Positions 35,248-49,220 of a DNA stretch of 64,000 nt are shown here, piece by piece. A model generated the notes under the pieces. The model did not search any database. It saw only the letters and a list, made by a program, of their open reading frames with translations, and was not told the origin of the DNA. The stretch is taken from assembly GCA_026023565.1 (NCBI GenBank), contig JAPETS010000013.1, forward strand, positions 620,001-684,000, in the 5' to 3' direction. The translations under genes were made by a program, and so were the position numbers. The first letter of the stretch is position 1. The number at the start of each line of letters is the position of its first letter. Source of the stretch: Cirrosporium novae-zelandiae (taxonomy: Eukaryota).

Positions 35248-35920
35248 GGAGAGGAGTTGTTCACGACTAGTATATCTCGATAAAAAACTCATTTTTTACA
35301 TTTTTTTACATACCTCTTTTTTTTTACATGGCGTGAGGCGCCGCCACTTGTGGTATGCTACTACGTGTGCGCGTGTAACACGTGTGTATGTTTATGCAAC
35401 CCCAAGTTGATTAACTGCTCAGGTGATTAACTTCACATCTATTATCTATCTATATCTATATCTATAATATCCAGACCTTCCCCCATTCCACCGTTTTCGG
35501 TTTCTAATTTCTCATCTCATCACCCTTCATCCCTTAACAACCCCCCCCAAAACTCTCTCTCTCTTCCTCAAAAACCAAAAAAAAACTATTCCATTTCTTT
35601 TTTTATTATTTATTACTTAGTAAGTAACCCAAAGCTTTTTTTCTTCTTTCGTATCAGAAAAATCAGAAAAATCAGAAAAAGGATATATATGAAAAAACGC
35701 TATGAGTCGTTATACATATACATACATACACATGATGTTTTGATGTTTGTTGGGGGAAAGAAAGAAGGGGGTATATTATTTTTTTGTATATACCGATGGG
35801 TTCTTTTTTTCACCCTTCCTCTATCCCCCCCGGTGGAGCTGTCCCTGTCCTGTCCGGTCTAGTTCAAGTTGAGTTTTTTTTGTCTTGATGTTTTCGATAG
35901 TCTTTCTCTCTCTCTCCAAT

Positions 35921-37693
35921 TTATATTTTCTTCAGCGCAAATCCAGCGGTGGCGATTCTGGATAAGCAGAAAAATACACTCCCTGCCATCATCATGACAC
36001 CGGAGAAGATCTGCAAACCCTTGAAGCTTCCGTTCTGGCTGGACTGGATGGCACCCCCGATGGGTGACCCCACCAATGCAGCTACGGACACGATGGCGAA
36101 GAGCGAGCCGTTGCGGGTGCCGATTTCACGAATGTCTGAAATCTGTGCGATGCAGGCCGGGGTGAGGGAGACGAAGGCGCCGGAAGCGAAGCCGAATAGT
36201 GCCGCGAAGACGATGACGGGGGCGTTGCCGGTGGCTGGGAGCCAGAGGGCTAGGACCAAAATCCCCGCAAAGGCGTTGCAGATGATGGCAACGTTGAAGC
36301 GGCCGAATCTGTCGCCGAGGTAGCCGGGAATCGTACGGCCGAAGATGCTAACGGCGTTGAGGATTGAGACCAGGTAGCCCGCGAGGTTGGCTGACATGCC
36401 GTGGGCGATGGCGTCCAGGATGATGTAGTTGAAGGGGAGGAACATGCCGAAGAAAAAGAAGAAACTTCCGATGACCAGGAGGAGGAAGGGGAGTTCGGAG
36501 AGTGGGCGGATGAAATCCATGATTTTGATTGTCTTGGGGTGGGGTGGGATTCTTGATTTTACGGTTAGGTTGGCGATGATAAGGAGGAATAGGAACAGGA
36601 ATCCTGAAATCCTCATTGACCATGCAAATCCGAGCTCCGTAATGAGATGGTTGACCATAATCGGCATGACAACACCCCCCATGCTGGAGCCGCTGGCTAC
36701 AATTCCGAGAGCTAGCGCACGTCTGTGGAAGAACCACGTCATTGCCGAGGACATTCCTGGGTAAAATATCATACTTGCACCAAGCGGACTGCAAATCCCC
36801 TGCGCAAGGATGAATTGGTAGTACTTGGTTGAGAGCGATGTCATCATCAGACCAAAGACGTGAAGGAAGCTCCCCGTGAGCAGGAGGTACCGCGGACCAT
36901 AGTTATCGAAGATTTTGCCAACAATTGGCCCCTTTTGAAAGTTAGCATTTTTCTTTTCTGGGATAGGGCATATTCTGGAGAACCTACTCCAGAGAACATC
37001 ATGAATGTTTCCAAGGAAGGGATCCATGCGATGGTACTGGACGAATAGTTGCTCAACATATGAGTCTGGTAGTACTCTTGAAATATACCAATGCCTATTA
37101 TCGAAGTTAGTACCACAGTTTCCATGTCCAGACTTGGATTCCCACTCACAATTGATCCATCCAAAGCTGCAGAACAAACAACACCATCCACCCACGATGA
37201 CCAGCCAAGCCTCCAATCCACCATCTGGAAAAGACCTTGGGTCCATCATGGATATTTTAGTTTCCTGCCTCTCCAACTCCTTCTCCCTCGCTTCCTGTTC
37301 AAGCTCCTGTTCATATTCATCCGTTTGATCTGCCGTGACCGGGAAAATATTGGCTTCTGTTTGTGATCGGGTACGGCTAAGAGACCGTTGGAGGAGAGAC
37401 CGAGGACGACTGTGAGGGTTAGAATCATGTGGACTAGAAGTTGGATTGAGAGCTCTTGTGGAAGCTTTCATGGAACCTTACGTTGGGATATCATATTGTT
37501 TCTCAAACTGGATTGGATCCTTTTCCTCGTCCCCAACACTATTCCGTGCTGAATTATCCATTGTATTTCTGGATCCGCTAGACGTGTCAGTCAAGTCCCG
37601 TTTAAAAGATGGCGATGTTATAGGGGCGAGAGAATTGGTGAGAGGATGACTGTCATTATATTGATCGGTGCCAGGGGGGTAGAGTTGAGACAT
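35921..37693 (-). CDS. MFS monocarboxylate transporter (MCT/Mch family); 3 introns
   Basis: FPDGGLEAWL, FDNYGPR, WFFHRRALALGIVASGSSMGG, GDRFGRFN, IGTRNG. Confidence 0.9.
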
Positions 37694-38431
37694 GTTGGAA
37701 TTCCAAAGTTGCAAAGCGGGGAACTGAAGTCGTGAAATTGAAAGTAAGGACAAAGTAAACAAATTGCTAACATACCTCTAGAGATTATAAGATTATAAAC
37801 AAATTCAACTGTTTAAGGCGTGACGGTCAAGGTGGTACAGTGAAGGGAGGCCTAAATGCGGTAAGAAAAGCACGGAATTAAGACACAAGGTAAGCAAAAA
37901 CCAATCTTTTGGATGAGCTTTTCTTGACAGAGCTTCTCATGTTCCACGGTAGAGGCTGGATTAAGTATTGCCATGGCATCGTTGGAGGAGGATTACATCT
38001 GGAGGGGAGACTAAAAAGTAATGCTCGGCCTAACGCCTACTGATTGTCCGAAGGACCGAAGCCCGAGGATATTTTAAAATTATGAGAAATTACCTTCGGG
38101 ACCACTGGGGGGGGGCTAAGGAGAAATTTAGAAAAGGCTTAACAATCAACCCCCCCTCGGATTTAATTCGAGATGCTCGGCCATAGCTTTTTGTTTATCT
38201 GATCGGCCTTATGGGTTCTTTTATCGCTTGCTATCCGATCAAATTACTCAGTACTAAACCACCCCCACCTTACACCCCCCCATCAGACTTAGAACTCTAT
38301 TACTTAACTTCGTCACATATCAGATCGGGATCTACTCAGCAGATATCTGCTACTTTTTTTAACCCGAACATGTGTCATTAATTTAGTGCTTATAGCTAAA
38401 ATATATACTATGGTAAGCATGCCACCTGTCA

Positions 38432-40019
38432 TTATGTAAAATACCGCCAATGAGCATCTTTTTCTCCTCCCACTAGAATACTGGTGTCAATATCTTCAGC
38501 CTTGATACTTACTCCTTGTTCCTTATTGCGTTTTCGATTCTCGCTCTTCATCCAAATTCCCATGATGAGAACGGAAATAATACAGACAGCATTACAACAA
38601 CTAGTCGCAATCAAGGTGGGAATATAGCTTGGTGCGTACTCGGTTCGAAAGGTAGCCGTACTAAGGATCCCCCCTAGGTTTCCCAGCCCTACAAGAAGGC
38701 CCGTCCAGGCTGCCCGAGAGCTTTCGTTGAGATTGTTGTTATTGTGCCAACTGTGCACCAGACATGAGGGGATGTATGCTCCAGCAGCCATCATAAAGCA
38801 TGCAAAGTACGCAACACTTTTGTGGGCAAGCACGTTGATAGCGCAGAGGATGATCATTCCAATGAGGGAGATAATTAGTGATAGAACAATATGAAACGTT
38901 CGTTCGCGTAATTTGTCGGAGCTAAAGCAGACGCAGACGAGAACCACAAACCCCACACAATTCGGGGCTACCGTCCAAAGATTTGTTTTTACTGTTGAAT
39001 AACCGAGACGTCCAACAATTTGAGGTAGAAAGTTGGCAGTTGTCGAGAAAGCAATAGGATAGGTAAAAGCAATGAGACACCATAACCCAAACCTGGGCGT
39101 ATTCCAGCCTTGAAATGATTCTCGAAAGCTAAACTCGGTGCCAACTTTGGAGGTGCCATCTCGTAGCATTCGAACATGAGCCGCCTTTTTCTCATGGGGT
39201 TGTAGAAACCAAGCTGTTTCGGGACTTGCTGGCAGCCAGAAGAAAGCCCCGGCCCCGAAAAAGACGGTCAATGCTCCTTCGATGATGAATAACCATTTCC
39301 AGCCTTCTATGCGTGGATTGTCGATCTGGAAAACGCCGTATGAAATCAAGCCGCTAAAGGCCGAAGCGACAAGGGCCGAGCCGAAAAAGAGGGAAATTCT
39401 GAAACCTAATTCGCCGCGTGTGTAGAAAAGTGTAAGGTAGAAGACCACGCCGGCAAAGAAGCCAGCTTCTAAGGCTCTACATACAAGTTAGCAGGACATT
39501 TTGCCTCCCTATATATTTCGCCATACCCCATTATCAGTCGAAGTACAAGCATTCCAGCAAAGTTGGTTGCAGCACATTGCAATAGAGCAATTGATCCCCA
39601 CGCTGTCATTAGGGTAGGAAGTACAATACGCCCCGAGAAACTTTTCGTCAACATGTTCAAAGGTAAATCGCATAGGCCATTTGGGATATAGAAGAGCAGG
39701 AGAAGCAGCGAGTATTCGTTTCCAGTAAAGCCAAGGTCGGTATCCATTCCATCTGTTTTTGCATTGCCTAGGTTGCTTCGGTCCACAGAATTGAAGAAAT
39801 ACATAATAGACAAGTAGGGGAGTAGATATAGGTCTAATTTCCGTACTATGAATTGGTTAGTCGAACTTCTATGTAGGGGTTTGCACAAGACCGACAATAT
39901 GATCGATCAATACTCTCGTCCATGTCGCAAATAACTTCTCCAGACTCAACCTGAACCGTAGGATTGAGAGGAGGGTTTTTTTCGAGATCATTGGAACTTG
40001 ATTTCTTAGATGAAGCCAT
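38432..40019 (-). CDS. MFS transporter, allantoate/nicotinate permease (Dal5/Tna1) family; 2 introns
   Basis: RKLDLYLLP, DRSNLGNAKTDG, EAGFFAG, FYTRGELGFR, GWKWLFIIEG. Confidence 0.9.
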
Positions 40020-40081
40020 TGTGAAAATAAGTATATTATGAAGCCGAAGAGAGACGACAACGTTAGTAAGGAAGGCACCTT

Positions 40082-40538
40082 TTATCAGGGTACTCTAGGT
40101 CGATGAGGGAGCTTCTATACAAGCCTTGGACCCTCGGCGTTTCTAAATTAATAGAATGGGCCTGGAATGGAAGCTATAATGTATTCATTATTTATAATAT
40201 TCTGAATCAACAAGATACCAGCATTGGACAGCCACCCACTTCTGGAGATGTACCTTGTACATAACATAGGATATCCGCGATATCTGCGGATCTGTTGATA
40301 AGGAAAGATTCTACGTTAAGAAGATTCCTGTGGATTGTTGAATCATAAAATCTCCGGTCAATTGACTTTAGTCAAATATCTTGCTTCAACTCTACATACG
40401 GAGAGTGTAATGTTGTTGTCAAATCTAACTCTCTCCGTAGGTCTCGAGGATCTAACAACACAGTGTACTATACAGTACAAGCCGAGAGAATCAACTGACA
40501 ACATTATCAAGATAAGATAGGCAATGTCTAAAAGATAA
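40082..40538. promoter_or_regulatory. Multiple GATA (HGATAR) sites upstream of the Dal5-family transporter
   Basis: TTATCA 40082, TGATAA 40296, TTATCA 40504, AGATAA 40510, AGATAG 40515, AGATAA 40533. Confidence 0.45.
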
Positions 40539-41501
40539 GTGCAGAGAATGCCAAAATCAAAAAGATGCTGATGTAGAAAGTAAAGACATGGCTTCTTTTT
40601 CCGGCCAATATAGCGTTAGTGTTTTTTGGTTAGCCGATATCCCCACTCTTGATTTGATATGTTTCTGCGTCTTCACACAATGGGTTGTTATTCTAATCCA
40701 GCGTGAATGTGAACTGCCTGGATTAGTCTGACACAGGGAATGGAAGTAATGAAACGGCCCAGCATTTCCTAAAAAACGAGTTTGAGTAATAGCAGGTAGG
40801 GCCGAATCAGCCGGTGATCGGCGCTGTCAGCAAGTGATTCTTGAAATGCACAAAATATCGTTAGGTTTTGCTTATTCTGAGGGATGACGTCGACAGAGCC
40901 TCTCATGGTTCTCAAATGATTCAGTCGAAATTACTTCTGTAGGTATCTAATTATCAGGCTATTGTCCCTTCTCCTTAAAGATAGTGAAAACGATCGAGAT
41001 TCATCGTTCCATGTCTACGTCATACCTTGAAATACAAAGCAAATTGTGATTTATCTAACAAAACTTTACTGCTCCTGCTAGGATATCGGAGGTAAGAAAG
41101 AATAAAGTATTGGGCTAAACAAGGACAACAATCTCCATAACTGTCAACGTGAAAGACCAAAGGCCCTGAAAAGTAAAAAAGAAAGGAAAAAAATGGGGTA
41201 AGATGGTTATACTTCATGAGCCAATTTTGGATGGACCCGTGAGGACTAAGGGATAGTAATAATACCACACCACAGTAATGAATAATGAGTGAATAAATAA
41301 AAATAAATAAACAAATAAATAAATAATAGAAGTGTGAGAAAAATAGTAAGATTATTCCAATTGAGCTTATGGTGTTGTGGTAGTGGTGATTAGTAGATGA
41401 TGATGGTAATGATGATGTTGGTGATGATGGTGATGATGGTAATTATTTTTGAATTTTGTCGATGTTTGTAGGGAAGTTCGATGGACACGACTTGTTGTTG
41501 G

Positions 41502-41577
41502 TGTGGGTTGTGGGTTGTGGGCTGTGGGCTGTGGGCTGTGGGCTGTGGGCTGTGGGCTGTGGGCTGTGGGTTGTGAG
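41502..41577. repeat. (TGTGGGY)n 7-bp tandem repeat upstream of frq
   Basis: Read directly from the sequence; about 11 copies. Confidence 0.9.
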
Positions 41578-42640
41578 TTGTGGATTTTGTGGATTTTGTG
41601 GATTGTTGTAATTTGTGTGTGGACTGGTCTTATGGACTGTTCGAGGCGTTTCCTTCAAGACGGTTTCACCCGTCACGCCGTCACGGACCACCGATCCCAC
41701 AGTCCCTTCTCTCGATCTCCAAAAGGGTCTCCAAGAGGTTGTTGTCCCTTTCCCTCATCGACCAATCATCGACCTTTTTATTTATCCCCCCAGTTTGACA
41801 GCTTGTGGTCAAAGTGGGTCATCCCACACCTTCCCTAATCAGGTTATTATCAAATACCCCCAATTACCTTTCAATACTGCTTAAGATTACCTCATATGGC
41901 CTAATACCCCACGTGATACCAGCCAATCCCTCTCGATCTCCGGTAATCCCTTACGTCATATTACCATCCAAATACCGCTCCCTCATCCTTTTGGGTCTCA
42001 GGGTCCCCTCCAAGACTCCAAAGACTTGGCGATCTGAGTGCTCCTTGCTGGAGACGTGAATCGACAAAGTTCAAAATCATCTACGATTCTCTATCAAGAT
42101 GCTTTTCAGGGCCCATGCCCGGCCTTTCAAGAGTTCAAAAGCTGAGAAAATGGAAACGCCACCATGCGCTTTTTCTTCCTCTTCAATTCAATCGTTCGCC
42201 CATCTGAGTCTCATATCCCCGACTCAATCTGGGATCTTGTCAGACCAAAATATCCTTCTAGCCATTTACGTGGTGACAAAAAAAAGATATTACTCTTTCA
42301 CCTACCTGCAAGCTCCTTTGGCTCACATTCCAATCTCGATCGCCCTCCAATTCATCCTGAGATGATATTAAAAAGAAACACTTAGTACTTGCAAACCGCA
42401 TCAATCACAAGGGACCTCTACCGTTGACTTGGTATTCTTGGTAAAAAAGAACTTGCAGGCAGAACATCCTACAGGAAGAGTGCTTGTATATCGACTTGAT
42501 ATATTGGGGGCACATCAAACAGACACATGCCTGTCTTCCAGTTCTAGACCGCTTGTGTTTGTGCCTTTGCTACGGCTGCACTATCAAAACTCCCAGATAT
42601 GGCCAGTCCTACTATGACAATCAGAGCTCTCACATAGATC

Positions 42641-45600
42641 ATGTCTCTTCCCGACCCTCCCGGTGCCTCTACCTCCTCTTCTTCTGACCAGGGGTTCGAA
42701 ACGAACGCCCGCGGTAATCCTAGACGATGTCCTGCACATCTCTCGGTATCCCTTAGGCCATCACCTTCGGGTTCCAGTGCCTTAAGAGGACTTCCCCCCA
42801 ACTCTTTCTTTGCAAGAAATAACCGTACAACTCGTCATCATCGGACTTCTAAATTAGCTATTTCCCATAGCAGTCGACGGGCTCCAAGCTCACTTGGAAA
42901 GACCACCATGGACGGCTGGTTTGACGATGCGAACAGGAATGCCCAACATCCCAGAGATGTTCCTTACAATAATGGTAGGCTGATGGCTACACCATGCTTT
43001 TAACTAGCTAATGCTTTCCCAGATGATTCTCCTTTCTACATGGGACAAACGTCGGATGAAGATACCCCAGCTCAAAGTGGACCGTGCTCTCAAGATGATA
43101 GTGCAAGGGCTAGCCTCTCTCAGTTGAACCTTGGCGGTACAAGCGATGATGGCGATTTTCGTAGTGTCATTGACGACTTGACTATCGAAAACCAACGCTT
43201 GAAGAAACGGCTGAGAAAATACGAAGCTACTCGAAGGACAGACATGGAAAAAGAAAAGCTTTTCGAAGTACGTATGTCAGGACTACCGCCACACAAAAAG
43301 AGGGAGTTGGAAGAAACATTGAGGAAGTTTGCCTTGAGCTTGGACAATGTAAGCGAAGGGACGCTTGTCAATTCCGACGTACCGATGTCGGGGCAAGGAG
43401 CAGGACATGATCCAATACGTATGAAACCAGAGTCTCCAATCTCCTCGGCCTCTAATTTTCGTCCAGTTGATTCGGGATATGGGTCCGCTTCACTATTTAA
43501 CACTAGTTCTGGGGTCTCTCACGGTGGGAACCCAGCAATCATGTCGAGGGAGCGCAACGTGAAAAATTATTTAGAGGAGATCCCCGAGCACTTATTGCCG
43601 AAGCACTCTCTCGTAATGACAGAGAGAGTTAAGATGAAGCTTATCGTTAGACGATTAGAGAATATATTCACTGGCCAGAAAGCAACCAAAGGCGGTCATA
43701 GCCAACCTCTCCAGCAACAAGAAGTTTCACATTCAGCAGCATTGGCCGACAGAAATGCCATCACGGCTCGTGGTGATAGACTTCGTGCGGAGGGCAAACG
43801 AGAAGCGCGCATCATGCCATTGTACGCCCCTAGATCAACTACTCCAAGTCAAGGACACACTCCAGCAACACTTAAAAAGTCTAGAAGTTCGGGGGATTCG
43901 GCTGCATCGAGCGATAATACCACTATACCAAGTGGATCGGGCTCACCCACTCAACGACCTACTCGACCTCTGGATCTTGACCCGAATCGAGCACAAATAC
44001 CTTCGGATAATTTAGACTATATTCGACATCTTGGTCTTTCCGCACCGACTGATATCCTACATGTTCCCTCCACGGACGAAGAAGGATGGGTCTACTTAAA
44101 CCTTATTTCAAGCATGGCACAACTTCACACACTGAACGTCACCCCGGGGCTTGTACGGAAGACGGTCTCGGAGATGAGTTCAAAGCTTGAGATATCTGAA
44201 GATGGTCATAAAATTCGATGGCAAGGCGGTACTGAGGGCACCCATCTGAGTAGTGATAGTGGTAGTACTGGTGACCAAGATGTTGACAATTACCAGACTT
44301 CTAATTCCAGGCCGAGCAAGAGTCGGAGCGTCGAGAGCTCACGCAACAAGCATAGTTTTGAACTTTCAGCAACAGGGAGACAATCATCTAATGGTCCTCA
44401 AAGGTCAAAAAACCAGCCAACTTTCGATAGTGAGTCATCCGATGAGAAATTGTCTAGGGAAAATAAATTTGCCTATAAACCGCTGGTCTTTCATCGGATG
44501 GCTTCTGATGACGATGAATTCCTCAACTCTTCTGATAGTGCTGGTGGGTCTTCAGAGCTATCTAGTTATCACTTAAGATTCCCGTCAACATCAAATTTTG
44601 ATACTAGTTCTAGAGGGGTGACATCTATCTCTGGATGCAAACTAGATGATGGTCCCATTATTTTCTTTAAGAAGTCACATTTCTTTACTGATCTTAGTGG
44701 CGATCTTGAACACCACTCTATATACTACGGAGCCCGTGATACCAAACGCGACGAGCATCAAATCCTAGGACTTTCCCATAATAGGCAACTAGGTAAGAAA
44801 TCAGAAAGACATGACTACCAAAGACCCTTTTCACAATGCAGTCCTGTGATTAATTTGCAAGAAGACGACGATGAGGAAGGGAGGGGGGAAGAGGAAGAGG
44901 AAGGCCATTTTGACTTGGAGCCACTGAGATGTACATCCCCGAGTGCTGTTAGACAGCCTAAAGAATTCGAAGCATCCGGAATAGGGGGGGTATATCCGGC
45001 GGACAACTTTATGGTGAATGTTCGAGTTCACCACGCCAATGTCAAAACTCAGCGATCTTTCCCTAAAACCCCTACGTCTAGTGTAGAAAATGTACAAAAG
45101 AACCCAAAGTTGAATCACCAAGGGAAATCCTTTACTGGATACCACATGCATTCCACTCACATCATCTCCGCAGAGACGAAAGATCTTCTTCCATCTACTT
45201 TACCCCCTCCCAACTATTTCTTCATGCCCTTTACTTCCTCCGAGGACGAAGATGACGAAGATGACGAAGATGAAACTATGTATTCTGATAGTGATGACGA
45301 CACGTCTGTATATTCCCTGAAAAATCGCCAATTAGCACCTCCATCGTTCTTGAATATGTTTCGGACCGAGGATTATGACAAAGCCATCTCGATCGATGAT
45401 GATGGCGAAGACGAGGACGAAGATGAAGATGAAGAGTCCAATACCAATGATTCGGTCGACATGTCGGATCCGGTACGAACCCTCCTAGACCCAAGCAGCA
45501 TCGCAGTAGAAGAACATCAGCTTCAGTGTGACAGAGGAAGGGAATTTGCTGAAGAATTGCCGGCAGGGAGTTCGGCAGCAACAGCAGGGGGTGGTAGTGG

Positions 45601-45742
45601 ATATGTTAGCGATGCTAGAAGTTTATTGAATATGAAGGCGGCGGTAGTGGGATCGAAATCCAGTCAAAAGAGGGGAAGAAGGTCCATCAACAGTAGCGCG
45701 GGCGCTCCGAACAACAAGATAGTCAAGATGGAAGTTGATTGA
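42641..45742 (+). CDS. frq: Circadian clock protein FREQUENCY; intron 42975-43022
   Basis: PRRCPAHLSVSLR, coiled coil FRSVIDDLTIENQRLK, LIVRRLENIFTG, QRPTRPLDLDP, GWVYLNLISSMAQLH, ASGIGGVYPADNF, acidic PEST regions, SSAATAGGGSG. Confidence 0.95.
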
Positions 45743-47016
45743 TGATGTGTGAGGGAATGAATAGATACACGCATGGATATATGATCGTTTTGGACTGCGC
45801 AATTTTAGCAGGAGGCGCATTGTTCAAAAGAAATGGGTTTTAGCAGATGGATTTGGGTGGATTTTTGACCTGGACGCAAGCTTGTTTGTTATTGGCATTA
45901 CCATTACCATGTCAAGCTGATGGATGGATGCAATGGATTAGCGGGCAGCATTTTCCAGGCGTTTTTTTTTTTCTTCCTCTTTTTCTTTTCCCTCCAACCT
46001 TCCAATAAATATTAATGATAACGGCTGAATGAAGAAAGATGGCGATGAACGATTTCTTTCTTTTTCGGGTACTTTATATTTGTTGTTATGATTCGGGCCA
46101 GGCAGCAAGAAAGAAAGAAAGACGAAGATATATATACCCCCATCTTCTAGAAGTTATGTTTGCATTTACGTTTGCGCTTGCGCTTGTTATTGCTATTTTT
46201 TTTTAAAAAACACGCAAGGACAGGAAGCGAATCTTAACGAAGAGATGGATTTGTATGTATATGTATATGTCATGTATATGTCATGTATATGTAGTTGGTT
46301 GGTTGGTTATAGTTGGCCAACATGAACAAACAAATGAAACAAACAAATAAAATATAAAGCCGAAAAAGTAAAAACCCCCAACCGGAATTCGAAGTCCCCC
46401 AGTCTTTCCCCACATCCCCCACATAATTACATCCAAACCCCCTCCATCCACATCCACCATCCACCCATAATAACCCGAATCCAATGCCGAACTCAATTCA
46501 AAACCCCGACTTCCCGTCCCCGTTTCCCGTTCCCGAGTTTATGTAGTCTATGTTAAAGTACAGTACCCAGGTAGAGACTTAATGGACTGTATTGCAGAGT
46601 ACTTGTACCGTGTAAGAGGGAGGGGGATATAACATTAGCCGAACTTCTTATCCGCAATTCATGTCAAGGCACTTTATATAACATACTCCTAGGAACTCCT
46701 CACTCGCTCACTGACCAACTTTCTCTGTTATGAATCTCGAATCTCGACCTTTGAATATATGACGAGTATTGGATCCGTCAACTAATGAATCAATCAATCA
46801 ATCAATAACAAACCAAAAATCCATTCACAAATCTCTACTCCATCTATTCATAACCTGAGGGTTCTCTCATCTCCCATCTCATATCACATCTTCCATCTCT
46901 CAAACGCAAGGAATTAAAGAATTAAGAAAATAAGGGAAGAAAACAAACTTAAGTCTCACAAAATAAGTCTGCATGACTGTTTTCCTATTCGAATTATACC
47001 CATAACTACATCCACC

Positions 47017-48870
47017 ATGACATCCACCACTACGATATTCCTCCGAACGGGGACGAGACAATATGGGATTCGAACATCAACTTCATCATGCAAGGTACGT
47101 GAAATATAAACCATCTATCTACTCCTACACCCTACATCATACACCTCCCTACCCTACCCCTACTCCTCTCCGCGATTCAATTGAATTAATACATAACTCA
47201 ACCCCCCCTCCAAAAAACACTCACTAACACATCAAATCATCAGCACACCCAATTCCTCACACGCACCCGCACACGAACCTTCACCTCCTCCCCCCACCGA
47301 CTAGAAATAAACAAAGTTCTCCCCAGCGCCGCCACGGCAATTGAAGATATGAAATCGCACACGACGCTCCTAGCAGGCGGCTTCGGACTATGCGGAGTCC
47401 CCGACACGCTGATAAACACGCTACACTCCACACCAAGCATCACGCACCTGACGGCGGTATCCAACAACGCGGGGGTGGATGGGTCGGGCCTGGGCCTGCT
47501 GCTGGCGAGTGGGCAGATCCGGAAAATGATAGCGAGTTATGTTGGGGAGAATAAGACGTTTGAGAGGATGTATTTGGGGGGGGAGTTGGAGCTGGAGTTG
47601 ACACCGCAGGGGACCCTGGCGGAGCGGTGCCGTGCGGGCGGGGCGGGGATCCCCGCGTTTTATACCCCCGCGGCTTTCGGAACTGTGGTGCAGACTGGGG
47701 AGTTGCCGTTGAGGCATAATACGGATGGCACGGTTCAATCGTACAGCCAACCTAGAGACGTGAAAGTATTTGACGGCAAATCCTACGTCATGGAGGAAGC
47801 CATAAAGGGAGATTATGCATTTGTAAAAGCATGGAAAGCAGATAAGCTAGGAAACTGCCAGTTCCGATACGCAGCCGCCAACTTCAACGGAGCCATGGGC
47901 CGCAACGCCAAAATGACCATTGTGGAAGCCGAAAATATCGTTGAAGTCGGGGAGATCGACCCGGCCGCGGTGCACCTGCCAGGAATCTATGTCAAGAGGG
48001 TCATCCAGAGCACAACCCCCAAGAAAATCGAAAAGTACACTTTCGCGAAAGAAAAGGACGACGATAACAGCATGGCTGCCCTAGGCAAGGGCGACACAGC
48101 TAGCAAGCGCGAGCGCATCGTCCGAAGAGCTGCTAAAGAATTCAAAAACGGCATGTATGCGAACCTAGGAATCGGAATGCCAATGCTAGCACCCAACTTC
48201 GTAGACCCATCCGTCGAAGTACAGCTACAATCCGAAAACGGGATCCTAGGCCTAGGCCCCTACCCCAAAAAAGGAAACGAAGATCCCGACCTCATCAACG
48301 CCGGCAAAGAAACCATCACCCTACTGCCCGGAGCCGCATGTTTCGGTTCCGACGAGTCCTTCGGCATGATCAGGGCGGGGCGGATCAACCTCACCATCCT
48401 CGGCGCCATGCAGGTGAGCGCGCGCGGGGATCTAGCAAACTGGATGCTCCCCGGGAAAATAAAGGGCTTCGGTGGCGCCATGGATCTGGTTTCGAACCCC
48501 GCTGCGACGAAGGTGGTCGTGACCATGGAACATACGGATAAAAAGGGCAGGCCAAAGATTTTAAAACAGTGTGAATTCCCCCTGACGGGCAAGGCCTGCG
48601 TGAGTAGGATCATCACCGAACTGGTAAGAACGAAAGCCCCCCCCCCCTTCCCTAATCCCGGCACCTCCTTGTGGAAATATGCCAAAGACATTCCTTTGTT
48701 TTTTTTTCGAGCTGACAAAAACGAATCCTATTCATTAGTGTGTTTTCGATGTCGATTTCACCGACGGCCTGACCCTCATCGAACTGGCAGATGGCATCAC
48801 CGTAGACGAGATCAAAGCCAAGACAGAGGCCCCCTTCAAAGTAGCAGACAATATCCAACCAATGCTTTAA
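47017..48870 (+). CDS. Mitochondrial succinyl-CoA:3-ketoacid CoA transferase (SCOT); introns 47095-47243 and 48624-48738
   Basis: [38 protein letters not shown] (catalytic Glu), GGAMDLV. Confidence 0.95.
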
Positions 48871-49220
48871 GCCAAAAAAAAAAACACCAGCAAAAATCCA
48901 AAAATCCAAATAAATGATTTTTATGTATATATATATTCCAAAATGTCGCTGCTGTTGCGTGACGTCATTTCCCTTCTAGATGGATATGCACCTGGCCTTT
49001 TTTTTGAGGAAACATTTTCGGCATGCCTGATATTGTGAATGTGTTTGTTCCATCGCATGTCATGCATGGATGGAGCCTTTGTTTAAGAATAGAATGTGAT
49101 AAGACCGAATACAGAACAGCTCAAACCACCATGCAACTTTATTAACACCCACCACCTTTTGGTTCCATTTGAACTTGTAACTGAGAAAAAGAAAAGCAAA
49201 TAGTCTTGGTATTTGTAGCA

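Noticed and set aside
38021..38182. CCGAGG/CCTCGG and repeated ATGCTCGGCC upstream of the MCT gene as FarA/Zn2Cys6 sites
   Set aside because: Plausible, but too short to support without conservation data.
40685..40806. Two hairpins (CTAATCCAG/CTGGATTAG; CGGCCC/GGGCCG) as an H/ACA snoRNA
   Set aside because: No correctly placed H box and ACA box on either strand.
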